Shown: piece by piece, positions 27,825-41,960 of the stretch
Position numbering within the stretch: position 1 is the stretch's first letter
How the letters are laid out: every line of letters starts with the position of its first letter
Assembly (NCBI GenBank): GCA_951406725.2
Contig: OX597817.1
Span: 51,150,001 to 51,214,000 of the forward strand
Direction of reading: 5' to 3'
Length of the DNA: 64,000 nucleotides
Source of the DNA: Octopus vulgaris
Taxonomy: Eukaryota
Program-made: the position numbers and the translations under genes
The notes under the pieces: model-generated
What the model was told of the DNA's origin: nothing
What the model saw: only the letters and a program-made list of their open reading frames with translations
Databases searched by the model: none

Positions 27825-28562
27825 ATTAATCTTTCGTTGCTTCTAAGAGGAATACATATTTCCCATCCAATAATCATTATTCAATCACATTGTTTTCATT
27901 CTAGTATAGTGATCTCTTCAGTAAATACTCTCTTATGCATTTAATAAAATAATATTATGCAATAAAGCGGTAAGGGCGTAGAATTCTTTGAAACCTGGGC
28001 AAAATGCTCTGCTCTATTTCGTCTGTCTTAATGATATGTGTTTAAATTCCGCCGAGCTGAACTTTCCATTTCATACTTAAAGGGTTGATTAAATAAGTAC
28101 CAGCTGCGCACTGATCTCAATGTAATTCACTCAACCCTTCACTGGAAATTTCTACCCTTGTGCTAAAATTTGAACCCAATAATACAATGCCATCATGCAA
28201 ATTAATAAGGCAAAGCAAACGATCCTATAAGCATGAAACAATCATCGCCCTCTCATTTTAATATTTTTTTTATTATAGACAAAATGTGTTTATGTCTTAT
28301 ACAGCAAGCAAACATCACGAAGAGAGTAATGAGAAAATTATGATACATACACAAAGTATTCTTCGCATTTCTCTGGCAAAATCAAATAAACAGCTCTAAT
28401 GTGTTTTTCACGTGAGGAGCTAACACAAACTTTGCTGGAATATTTCAACTCCAACAATATTTTATGAGGATTATTGTCCTTGTAAGTATGTTAGTGTGTA
28501 TGTGACCGTTCGTATTCATATATATACACATACAGATAGATAGATAGATGGATAGATAGATG

Positions 28563-28629
<67 letters not shown>

Positions 28630-28649
28630 GTTTTGGCAAATAACATTTA

Positions 28650-28684
<35 letters not shown>

Positions 28685-28813
28685 AAAGGGTGTATGTGTG
28701 TCTGTGTGTGTGTGCCTGTTTTTGTTCCCGCCCAACATCGCTTGACATGCGATGCTAGCGTGCTTACCTGTAATTATTAAAATATATAACGTAGATCACA
28801 AAAGATAGGATAA

Positions 28814-28937
28814 TATCTTACAGCTGTTTCAGCCAAGAGGCCAAAGTGCCCCGATCTACTTATATCCCTTCAGTGAACTGAGGTATTTGGTAGATAAGAT
28901 TTAGGTACTTGGGTGTGTCTTTGGACTTCGTCAGACA
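28814..28937 (-). ncRNA. Hammerhead-like motif, partly degenerate
   Basis: Minus strand TGT-CTGACGA-AGTCCAAAGA...TCTTGGCT-GAAAC-AGCT-GTA-AGATA; palindromic stem III; stem I register imperfect. Confidence 0.6.
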
Positions 28938-29576
28938 GTTTAGAAAGTGCATAAGGGTAAGCTATAAATACAAATACATGCACATATACACACTTATACA
29001 TATACACACAATATAAACATACATAAACACATGCATATATATTTCTATATTTTTATATTCATTTGTGTATGTATATGCATACCAAGGAATCAATTATTAT
29101 TATTTTTAGGAGTATTATATTATTAGATAAAGTATAAACAGAGGAAGGAGAAAGTTATCAAAAGAGAATAATAGTGGAATATAAAAACAATATATCCTAA
29201 GATTATTGTAGCTATGTTGTTTTTAGTATTCTCGGTTGTGAGAGCAGTCGAGTTTATTTCAGATATTCTTATTTAAATAAATCATCTCTGGCTAATCGTT
29301 GAGAGAACGTTGGTGTTGCCTTGGTGAAGATTTGCGCTTTCTCAGTATACAAACATTTTGTCGTCAAAATTAACAGCTTTTTATACATACAATAATGTTT
29401 ACATGTACATTGACCATTTTCTTGATCGCTAAAAATGTAGTTAAAATGAATATACTATGTTTATCGGTCATTTGTTCCATCACAGCAATGTGACTCTGCT
29501 GGGGATCTATTTGAAGGATTTTTAGTCGATCAGGTCCCCCTCCGTACATATTTCTTTTTTTTTTATCTGGAACCTA

Positions 29577-29754
29577 TACGCGTAGGAGTGGCTGTGTGGT
29601 AAATAGCTTGCTTACCAATAACATAGTTCCGGGATCAGTCCCACTGCGTGGCATCTTGCGCAAAAGTCTTCTCCTATTGCCTCGGGCCGACCAAAGTCTT
29701 GTGAGTGGATTTGGTAGACGGAAACTGAAAGAAGCCCGTCGTGGTATATGTATG

Positions 29755-29832
<78 letters not shown>

Positions 29833-30037
29833 TCTATTTGTCCCCCAACATCGCTTGACAACCGATGTTGGTGTGTTTACGTCCCCGTAACTTAGCGGTT
29901 CGGCAAAAGGGACCGATAGAATGAGTACTAGGCTTACAAAGAATAAGTCCTGGGGTCGATGTGCTCGACTAAAGGCGGCATCTTGCGCAAAAGTCTTCCC
30001 CTACAATTAAATGACTAAAACAAGTAAAAAAGAGAGT
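29577..30037 (+). mobile_element. SINE family A, full length
   Basis: Same head, core and tail as the other copies. Confidence 0.88.
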
Positions 30038-31802
30038 AACTTATTCATTTTTAAAAATCTAGAACGAGGGATTAAAACAAACCAACACCGGTTGTCAAGC
30101 CGTCGAGAGGAGAAACACACGGAAACATATTTATGCACGTAAACTATACGACAGTCTTCCATACAGGCTTATTATTACAAGGCTTTGGTCCGGCCTAGGA
30201 CTATTGTAGAAGACACTTGTACAAGTTAAAGCGCAGTTGTTAAGTTTCTGTGCCACACAGCAAAAACAAATATTACAATATTGTTTGCTAAATATTACAA
30301 GACCTGCATTACAGGTAGAAGATAAACGATATACATTCCCTTTCGCTAATAATCAATGAATTCTAAAGTGAAGGAAGAAAATTAGTCTTAACGGAATCGC
30401 CATTTTAATAACTAACTACATCCACTCATTTCGTATTCAGCAACTGTTAAAAATTGCCTATTCACTCGTTTCCTAATCAAAAACATAGAATTTTATGTTC
30501 CTTTTCTTTGATAACAACAATAACATGATAACCAAAGACGATCTCAATGCATTTCTGCAAAATATATCGATTACAAGAACGCTCAATACCTCATTCACAT
30601 AAAAGTTATCACATTCAAAAGAAACATTATATTTGCATCCTATATATATTATTTAGTATGTGTGTATATATATTTTAAATGTGTTGTATAAACATTGAAA
30701 AGTATTTGGCTGCCTGGCAAAGCAGAGCATCAATATGAGCTTAAGGTGTAAAAGATAATCATGATCGGATATCCACACTTACTGAAGCCAGAGCTCTGTC
30801 TCCTACAAATATGAAGCTCATGCTGGGAATACTGAAAGAGTAAATGAAAAATAAAAGACATTATAATTTGCATAGAATTGAGGTTATTTTGTTCATCTTA
30901 TGGTGGATTGGCTTTAAGTACTCGATCTTGTCATTATAGCAAGTTTCCCTCAACTGTCTCGCGGAAGCTACTTTCCTCTAATTCTTAGGTCACATTTCAG
31001 ATGTCAGTTATATTTATCTGTTTATATCCAAAGTTTTGTTTAAAAAGTCAACTATTTTTTTTGTTTTTTTTTGTCTTTCAGTTTCCGTCTACCAAATCCA
31101 CTCAGAAGGCTTTGGTCGGCCCGAGACTATAATAGAAGACACTTGCCCAAGGTGCCAGGTAGTGGGACTGACCTGGGAACCATGTGGTTCGTAAGCAAGC
31201 TACTTTCCACACAGCCACTCCTACGCCAATATTTCTCTATCTATCTATTTATGTATGTATGTACATGTAAATTTACATAGTGTTGTATTCATATTTAGCG
31301 TACGAATATTCAGGTATGTGGGCGCATATTTTCGCCTGAATAAACCTAAAACTATCTACATACCTACATGCACGCACACAACAACATTTATATGCACTTG
31401 AGTTTATGAAAACTTACGCCAACATGCATTCACACAAGGCACGAATACAAACTCACATGCACTCACAAATCGCTAGAATACATACATAACTATGCAAGCC
31501 ATAGAATTATCTGGAATGTGTGATGAGGTGAATAAGTAGAAAAATGAAAGAAAATGAATGAAAGTATATTTTGATAATATCGTTCAAGAGTGTACATCAG
31601 TATAAAGTAATATATTGGTTAAATGAAGTACATGATGATAAAGGGGAGCAGGCATGGTTGGAGGGGATGTTAGCATGAATGACAGGTTGTTATGGTGTTT
31701 AGCGCAAAGTTGCACTATGCAAGCAATAAAATTAATCAACTATCAATTATTCGCTATATCAGAATAAGAACAACAACAACAACAACAATAATAATAATGA
31801 TG

Positions 31803-31868
<66 letters not shown>

Positions 31869-31944
31869 TTAATACATACATAGATACACACAAACATACA
31901 TACATATATATTTTCATATATTCATGCAGGCTTCCATACAAACT

Positions 31945-32370
31945 AGAAACTGTGTATAGTTCTAAAATTAGCTGCCTACTGGATGTTAACATAAAGCTGA
32001 AGATCAGTGAAAAAGAGAACACCTATTCTGAACTGCAGTTACTCTATCTGGATTACATGTTCAGGTTTATACCTGTAATTATTGGGGCCCTGGGATATGT
32101 AACACAGTTCCTAAATACCAATCTTGAGAAATTAGACTTCTCAAAACCACAAAGGAGGAAGCTAATTCGAAGCCTACAGATCCAATCCATCACTGGAACA
32201 ATGAAAATCTGTAAATCTTTCCAGAAGTTTATCCTTTAAATATATATGAGCATGTCTAGATATATAACTATATGCATGAGAGTACATATATAAGACATAC
32301 ATACATACATGCATATATAAGTATGATATATTTATTATATGAGCATGTCTAGATATGCAAGTATATGCAT
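31945..32370 (+). mobile_element. RLE-type non-LTR retrotransposon (R4/Dong-like) 3' fragment
   Basis: ISCLLDVNIKLKISEKENTYSEL...FIPVIIGALGYV resembles the end of a restriction-like endonuclease domain; near an (AAT)n tract; duplicated 3' UTR motif GAGCATGTCTAGATAT. Confidence 0.7.
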
Positions 32371-32474
32371 GAGAATTTTTTTCTCTCTAGTTTCAGCTCA
32401 GAGCTGCGGCCATGCTGATGCACATACATATAAATAGATAGATAGATAAATAGATAGATAGATAGATAGATAGT

Positions 32475-32607
<133 letters not shown>

Positions 32608-33794
32608 CATAAATATTTTCTGCCAGTATCAACCAGAACTAACTGTTGAAATAAGAATTTAATAGCTAAGATGATAATGATTGAGTTTCTCCACTGATAT
32701 TCATTATGTTTCGACAGTATTTAATAGTTTATTTAACGCGACCAGTTTTCGGGATTCTACTCACAATTTGAATTGAGCTTTTAGATAACTGCCCATGTTT
32801 AAGGAAACATTTATCTGCCTTTGGTACGTCGTTCGCAAGGACATTCTTGGAAGTATTCCTGATTTCAAGTAAAAATTCGAACTTAATTATTTACGCCGTT
32901 AATTGTAGCTGATCATTTCGAAAATCTGAAACACTGAATAATCCGGCTTTACTTGCATTCGTCAATTTTTAGTGAGGTATGTTGTACTGGCTTCATATCG
33001 AACCGGCTCCATGCTTGAATAAAATGCTTTTTTATTTCTCTCAGCACTCTGTGTTGTTTAACAAATCTTCTGCATCATGAATTCGAGGTTAGCTTATCAA
33101 CATTACACGTACACAATTCGATAATCCATTTGCAGTAAACGTATCTACCAGTATAGTCCCACAATAGCCTAATAGAAATAATGTTAAGAAGCTGAGGTTT
33201 ATTGTATGATTCAAATTTAATCTGAATCAATTAAGCTTACGACTATCGACGTGTGACGCTTCAATGTGCCAAGATTTCTGGATTTATAAATTACAACTGA
33301 ACACTTCTAAAGCAAAATTTCCATTCTGAAGACATCTCTGAAGTAATTTTAATTCATGTTCAACCCAGTGTTAGTCACGCTGGGTGATATATCATTGTGA
33401 TTTGGAAGGAATCGTGGCGTTGTAATTGATTCGCATTTCGCTCTATTCTGATAATTTTTTATTTTTTGCACCAGTGATGTAACTAAGATCCGACAATTCA
33501 TTAAGATGATACGGCAGGTTGCCAAACCAGTTTTGGATTCGTTTTCAATTTCTGGCTTTGAGAACGGAGCTGATTGTGTTTTGTACTTTTTCTACATTCA
33601 TTTGTTGTCAGTTACTGACTCCCTATGTGTATGTGTGGCATCGACACCTTTTGAAGTAGCACAAATATATTTAAAACAAACCTCTACATTATAAACTGCA
33701 TGCAATTAAAGAATATTGGAACTGTTGTCGAGTTTTGTAGACGTTAATTTCATGTCAATTAGTTTGTCCTACAACATTCTGATATCATTATATA

Positions 33795-34027
33795 TATTTC
33801 TCTACTACCCACAAGGGGCTAAACACAGAGGGGACAAACAAGGAAAGACAAGCGGATTAAGTCGATTACATCGACACCAGTGCGTAACTGGTACTTAATT
33901 TATCAACCCCGAAAGGATGAAAGGCAAAGTCGACCTCGGCGGAATTTGAACTCAGAACGTAACGGCAGACGAAATACGGCTACGCATTTCGCCCGACGTG
34001 CTAACGTTTCTGCCTCCTCGCCGCCTT
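33795..34027 (-). mobile_element. SINE family B with TSD TCTGATATCATTATA
   Basis: Family match; direct repeat on both sides. Confidence 0.88.
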
Positions 34028-34412
34028 ATCTGATATCATTATAGTTTATTAGTCATCCATATCTTGGACTGAAGGCAACAAGACGACAGAAATGGTATTA
34101 CACCAAATATTGTCAGCTGTTTATTTTTGGCTCATTCCGTCTTAAGTTCAAAACCTGCTGGTGTCAGTTTTGCCTTTCGTACCTTCGTACCGATAATATA
34201 TAGTACCTACCAAGAACTGGGGTTGGTGTTATTGACAGCTCCCTTCTCAAAAATGTTTGTTATGAGCCCTGGAAAGGACGGGTGTTCCGTTCAGGCAAAA
34301 GTTGCTATCACGGCTACTTATATGCTACGGAATCCTGATAACATGTTTAATAATTCTTAGAGATCATGAAAAAATTAAAAAGGATTTTGGAATTACCATT
34401 GTCACTGTTTTA

Positions 34413-34571
34413 GACAGGCGTTTTGAAGAAAAGAATATTTCAGCAAAGAGTTTAGAGACTGATACACTCGGTGAATTACGCTGTTTAGTAAAGTATTAAA
34501 CGGTGTAATTCACCAAGTGTATCAGACTCTAAACTTTTTGCTAAAACATTTTTTTCTTCAAAAAACCGGTC
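34413..34571. repeat. Long fold-back inverted repeat (about 78-bp arms, 3-nt loop)
   Basis: TTTAGAGACTGATACACTCGGTGAATTACGCTGTTTAGTA-AAG-TATTAAACGGTGTAATTCACCAAGTGTATCAGACTCTAAA. Confidence 0.85.
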
Positions 34572-35171
34572 GTGACACTTTTGCTCGCTACAACTGCAGC
34601 TCTAATAGATTCCAGTTTTGTTCTTAAATTATTCCTTGAAATTAAACTGAATTATTTCAATTTAAACATGGTTTGCATTTAACTTATCAAAGAAATTGGT
34701 GCTGCCTCTCCGAAATCTGTTAAACAATATTAATATCACAAGCAAGAAAATTTTCAAAAGTTTTACGAATTGTCTGTAGGTAATTTATAAGAGTTTTAGT
34801 TGCAGGCGCTGATTGCGCATGATGGGAGCCTTAGGTTAGGTGCAATTCTTATCATTTACTATTAATCTTTTGCTTGTGTTAATCAGTGGACTTCGGCCAT
34901 GATGGCGCCTAGCCTTGAATGGTTTCAGAGGAACGAATTTAACCTAGTATTCATTTCATACTTTTAAATCTAGTACCTATCTTATCGGTGCCAAGTCCCG
35001 AACCGCTAAACCATGAGGATGTAAACAAACTAAAACCGGTTGTCAAGCGGTTGAAGTATAATAAACACAGATGGTGTATGTATGCATGTGTGTGTACACA
35101 CACACACACATATATATATTTATGTATTTATTTATTTATTTATGTATTTATTTATTTATATATATATATCC

Positions 35172-35528
35172 TTTTATTCTTTTATTTGTTTCAGTCATTT
35201 GACTGCGGCCAAGCTTCAGCACCTCCTTTAGTCAAATAAATCAACCCCAGGACTTAGCCGAACACCGGGGGACGTAAACACACCAGCATCGGTTGTCAAG
35301 CGATGTTGGGGGAACAAACACACAGAGACATACACTCATATATATATATATATATATATATATACGACGGGCTTCTTTCAGTTTCCGTCTACCAAATCCA
35401 CTCACATAACTTTGGTCGGCTCGAGGCTATAGTAGAAGACACTTGCCCAAGGTGCCATGCAGTGGAACTGATCCCGGAACTATGTGATTGGTAAGCAAGC
35501 TACTTACCACACAGCCACTCCTACGCCT
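35172..35528 (-). mobile_element. SINE family A
   Basis: Family match with an internal deletion. Confidence 0.85.
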
Positions 35529-36355
35529 GGAGTTGTGAAATATTGTGGAATATTCAGCCAAATGGAATCAAAGTAAATCGGTAGTTTAGCTAAAAGAACG
35601 CTCTAAACAAAGATCGTCGAGAGTGACGCAGGCCCCATGAATGAAAATAAAGACATGTGTTTGTTTGTGTGTGTGTGCTTGTGAATGTGTGCGTATACGT
35701 GCGTTGACATATATTCCTATGTTCGTAGGGATATAATGTACTATTAAGAATATTCTGTTGAATACGTTGAAATTCTTGCAATCACCGTTGCACAAATTTA
35801 AAAACACTTTAATGTTTATCGTAGAAAATGTGTACTTTTTCGTGCATATTATTTTCTCTTACGTTTTATCTTTCATTTTTTTTTCTTGTGTCTATATCAT
35901 AAAAGACATCTCTTCGCACATTTTCTCATTTTGGTTTTATGCATTTCAATTTTACTCACAGTTTTCCAACACTTTTCTTATCGTAACTTCAAAGACCTTT
36001 CGTCAGCGACAAATCTTATCTGGTACTTCCTTTAGGCCTTCAAAGTATTTTTTTTAACAAATGTTATTTATTTTGCTTAAAATCTGAAGATACTGGACAT
36101 TAGAAGTGTCTTCCTACACCGTGGTGAAAGCCACTTCATACGGACAATTTGTGAAAATATCAGTGAAGTGAGATAACGAAAAATTGAAAGCAAGAAAAGT
36201 GTATTTGTCAGGTAGTATGACTTGAAACAGTAGGAAATCATTTTCTAGAACAAGTGCGCCCTCGCAATTTACTATGGCCTACTCTTCGCAAATGGCCATC
36301 AATAAAGAGAGTTTTCACACTTTCTCTCGCTGTGTGTGTGTATGTATATATATAT

Positions 36356-36423
<68 letters not shown>

Positions 36424-36535
36424 GTAGGTAGGTAGGTAGGTAGGTAGGTAGATAGGCAGTCAGGCAGGCAGGCAGGCAGGTAGGTAGGTAGATAGCAGTC
36501 AGGCAGGCAGGCAGGCAGGTAGGTAGGTAGGTAGG

Positions 36536-36618
<83 letters not shown>

Positions 36619-37262
36619 ACAGCAACGAATATGGGTCCGATTCAATCAAGCGAACACCTTTGTATGGTCTGAATTAATTTGGCCAAAGAAATCCTAACTG
36701 AATTGTCAAACAATATTTCTTTTCTTTTCGATGAAGCAGAGAAAACAATCCATATCACATATTCCCTACGAAGTGAAGTAACTTCCACCAAGAATTAAGG
36801 TATCTTTGCGCATGTCGATATTACAAGAGATTGCATAACGCTCTGCAGAAGTAACCAATTCTTGAAAACAATATTGGATCTACTTCAGCTTGAAGAAGTT
36901 GTCAAATCTATATCGATTACCTATTTTTTTCTATAATCTTTCCCGAAGTTTATTGAGAATTATCGAAATGGCAATAGGAGAGTTTGATATTTTTCTTTTG
37001 CGATTGAACACCGACCAACTTTTTAATCCACCCAAAATATATAATATTTCTTTATTATGCTTCGAAGTAATGTGATTGTTCGTTTCTCTTCCAATATCAG
37101 GTGTTTCTTTGTAGAGACGAACTGACACAGGCAAAGTCCTCTCTCCGCATATGTCTCTCTCTAACTTTCTCTCTCCACTATCCCTATCTATTCGATGTGT
37201 GTATGTGTGTGTGTGTGTGTGTGTAGAATGTTGAAAAGGAGCATACGAGTTGATATATATAT

Positions 37263-37672
37263 GGGAAAAAGTCAAGATAGAAAATGCTAAAATGTCATTG
37301 AGACTTTTTCAACTGTAAGTATGGAAAACAATTACATTTTGAAAAAATTAAATGAAAACATTTTTAAAAGAATATTTCTTCTTCTTCTTCATCCTCTACT
37401 TCTTCTCCTCCTTCTTCTTCTTCTCTGCCAGGAATTCACAACGACCTCGAACCCACAAGATTAAACAAGAGAGACAGAGACAGGCAGAAACGAGGAAAAT
37501 GTCCCTTGTATTTGAATACTATGCAAATATTCTTTTAAAAAAAATTTTCTTTTAATTTTTCCATAATTTAATTGTTTTCCATACTTACAGTTGAAAAAGG
37601 TTCAATGACCGAAACAGGTACTGAAATGCTTTTTATAAAACTATTTTAGCATTTTCTAAGTTGACCTTTTTC

Positions 37673-37673
<1 letters not shown>
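37263..37673 (+). mobile_element. Short inverted-repeat element with degenerate HHR (about 37586-37623)
   Basis: 37263-37376 is the reverse complement of about 37526-37673 with one deletion; right arm has CAG-TTGAAAA-AGGTTCAATGACC-GAAAC-AG-GTA-CTG; microsatellite flanks. Confidence 0.6.
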
Positions 37674-37732
<59 letters not shown>

Positions 37733-37736
<4 letters not shown>

Positions 37737-37970
37737 TGGCTTGGCCAAAAGTCACTTAACAGTAAATGAAAACCATTTCATTCCAAGATTAAAAAAAAAA
37801 AAAATTATATGAGACTTCGATAATAAATATCAATTGTTGAAATCGAAACGGTGATTTTTACTCGCAACGTTTAATTTTCTAACATTCATAATTGGAATGA
37901 ATAAATAGAATTGAATATTATGTATTCATGGAATTTTGATTTACTGTCGGCTGACTTTTGGCCAACCTTA
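37733..37970. mobile_element. Tc1/mariner-type MITE
   Basis: TTGGCCAAAAGTCA..ACAGTAAAT / ATTTACTGT..TGACTTTTGGCCAA terminal inverted repeats with TA flanks. Confidence 0.7.
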
Positions 37971-37992
37971 TATGTATATATACTTGCTTTAG

Positions 37993-38384
37993 TCTTTTAC
38001 GTGTTTCAATCTTTTGACTGCGGCCATAATGGAGCACCGCCTTTAGTCGAGCAAATAGACTCCAGTACTTATTCTTTGTGAGCTTAGTACATATTCTATC
38101 GGTGTCTTTTGCCGAACCGCTGAGTTACGGGGACGTAAACACATTAGCATCGGTTGTCAAGCGATGTTCGCGGGACAAACACACACACACAAACGCACAC
38201 ACACTCATATATATGCATATACATATATACGACGGGATTCTTTCAGTTTCCGTCTACCAAATCCACACACAAGGTTTTGGTCAGCCCGAGGCTATAGTAG
38301 AGGACCCTTGCCCGAGGTGCCACGCAGTGGGACCGACTCCAGTACCATGTGGTTGCTAGGCAAGCTACTTACCACACAGCCACT
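37993..38384 (-). mobile_element. SINE family A
   Basis: Family match. Confidence 0.85.
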
Positions 38385-39259
38385 CTGTGTGCGTGTGTGT
38401 GCGTGTGCGTGTATATATATATATATAGGTGAGTGTGCATGTGTGTGTGTGAACGTGTATGTGTGTATGTATATACGTACATATCAACCAATCAATTAAT
38501 CTATATCTATATGTCTGTATGTATGCATGCATGTATGTATGTATGTATGTATGTATGTATTTATGTATGTATGTATGTATGTATGTATGTATGTATGTAT
38601 TTACGTACGTAGATATGTATGTATGAATCTGATGCGTAATGACAACCGTGACGAGAGGACATCATAAAATATAGGTAATATGTATATCCATGATATTTCA
38701 CAAGCGACAAATAATCACGTATTCTTCAAGAGCCATAAGCCTACATTGCCTGTTTCCCCGCGGATTCTGTTGTGTACATAGCCTACAAAGCCAGCCACAC
38801 GGGACACCTGTCCGTTACAGGATCACTCGTCTTTGCTAACCTAGCGAACTAGAGTAACGTGAAATGAAGTGTTTTCTTCAAGACCACAGAACACATCAAG
38901 CGGTCCAGGAATCGATAACACAGTTTTACGATCATAAGTGAAACGTATTAACCACTACTCAGACTATCAGATGCTGTTGTACACCACTGGTTACAATGCA
39001 CTTCCTCACATTGTCTTAACTCTCGAATGATGCTACCTCGTTGCCTAGGACGGCGGGCGAGCATGTCAACACTCTCCGTCATCATCGCAGGGCTTTCCTT
39101 TTACAATAGAGTTTAAGTGTAGGAGCGTAAAATGAAATATTTTGCTTAAGACCACAACTCTCAGGCGGTCTGGATTTGGAAACCGTGATCTTGCGATCGT
39201 AAATGCAACACTCCTAACCACTACGCCATGTGTATCACATTATATTTACTCAATTGGGA

Positions 39260-39770
39260 TCCAAGTTAATGAGAAAGACTAGGCCTTAGAAGAAGTAGAC
39301 TAATGAAAAATAGAAAGCAGACTTTTGTAAAACGCTATATTATATCTCATTCATAAATCCTTGCAATAGGATTTCAGTGAAGAACAATTACAAGTAGATG
39401 AAAATCACAACCAAGAAGACTGTTTTGTTTCATTAAAGAAATGAACAAACGAAAAGGAAAATAAAAACAGCTGCAAATATAACAGTGAGTTGTAAGAAGC
39501 ATGTTGAGACAATAGAAATTGCGAAACAAATAAATACAATGATATGAAAAGATTGTACACAGCGAATAACATTAAAAATAAAAACTAGATATACATCAAT
39601 GACTGAGAAATACAGAAGACAGAGCTGGAATTGGAATTGAAAGTTTTGATTGCAGTAAAAGAGCAGAAAGTTTTATACCAGAGACCAACAGAAATATGCA
39701 ATCAAGCAGAAAGCGTTAAGTATGTGCAGAATATGAGAAGGTTCATCCATTTGGTTATTTCCTCTGGCAA
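39260..39770 (+). pseudogene. Very decayed R4/Dong-like LINE fragment
   Basis: Weak resemblance to the WL..ETEG..IAAQ.Q...TR region in broken frames. Confidence 0.3.
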
Positions 39771-40674
39771 GTCAAATGACCGGCGTGTGTTTAAATATTA
39801 ATACACTAATACAAAAAGTGTATATATTTTGTGTGTGTGTTTGTGTGAATGCGTGCGTGTATTAGCAGTCTGTCCAGTCAGGTTTTGGGTAGGAATTCTT
39901 CCCCGTAATGGAATTCGATTTTTCCAGTTTATTACCTCCTCCATCAAAGCGATGTTACCCTTTCGAACAACTGTAAAGACGGTGACCAGGAGACGGCTGT
40001 AACTCTAGGATAATTAATTTGATGTTGCTGTTGAGCTTGTTCATGCATTTATTACTGTTATTGTTTTCTCTACACAGGAGTCAATTACCTCGGAACCAAC
40101 GAATACTACTACACACCTAAGATCGAATTCAAGTGCCATATCTGACACATTTACAATCATAATTTTTTTGACAGTGGACGGCGAAATGATACTGCCGTCA
40201 CACGTACATGAGGAGGCACAACACCTCTATACAAGTGCTTCTGAGCTAAATCTTATTGGCCAATGCCATGTTGCTTGGCTTCCACGATTAAGTCGATATC
40301 ATATTATATCCTTCTCAAGCACATTTCCACACGAGAAGTTGTGGAATTTTCTTTTCTTTAGCTCTTATCGAAACTAAACAACCCTTGTTGTATACTTATC
40401 TAGTTGCGCTTCTTCGTTAGGGGATACATGGTGCTACCAATGCAGTTCTTCTCCAAATTAAGTAGACGATTCTGCCACTTATCTCAAGCATGTAGGGTTC
40501 CCATCATTATATAATTCAATTAATTTTGACCCATTATTCAAGTAAAGACTAATTTACTTCTTTCAGCGACGATGGTGGAAGGAAGCAATTCCAAATTTGC
40601 TGCTCCAAAATGTACAATAAATATTCAACTACTCAGAGAACCGGTGATTTCGGAGACCAAATCATAGTCTCTCA

Positions 40675-41609
<935 letters not shown>

Positions 41610-41641
41610 ATAACAATAACAACGACAACAACAACAACAAC

Positions 41642-41705
<64 letters not shown>

Positions 41706-41842
41706 GCAAATACAACGAAAAATATACGAAGAAAGATAGAAGCAAAATAGTAGCATGCAACGTTGTCAAGGGAAGCAAACCAAGAAAAAATAAATAATGA
41801 TCATATTTTCAAATGTTTATATGAGTAGGTATATATATGTAT

Positions 41843-41934
41843 ACTTTTTCTATTCCTGAGCGCTATACTAATACATATGTTTGTTTGTACACCACCTGCC
41901 TTCGTCTTTTGTTTATGTTCGTAAACTTTCCCTT
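41843..41934 (+). mobile_element. Partial Penelope pseudo-LTR copy upstream of the ORF
   Basis: TTCCTGAGCGCTATACTAATACA...CCACCTGCCTTCGTCTTTTGTTTAT matches 44944-45025 and 2259-2349. Confidence 0.85.
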
Positions 41935-41960
41935 TGTATGTATATATATATATATATATC

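Noticed and set aside
32700-33700. Coding-looking unique DNA, also at 35800-37140
   Set aside because: Multiple stops and no identifiable motif; possibly old transposon remains but not supportable.
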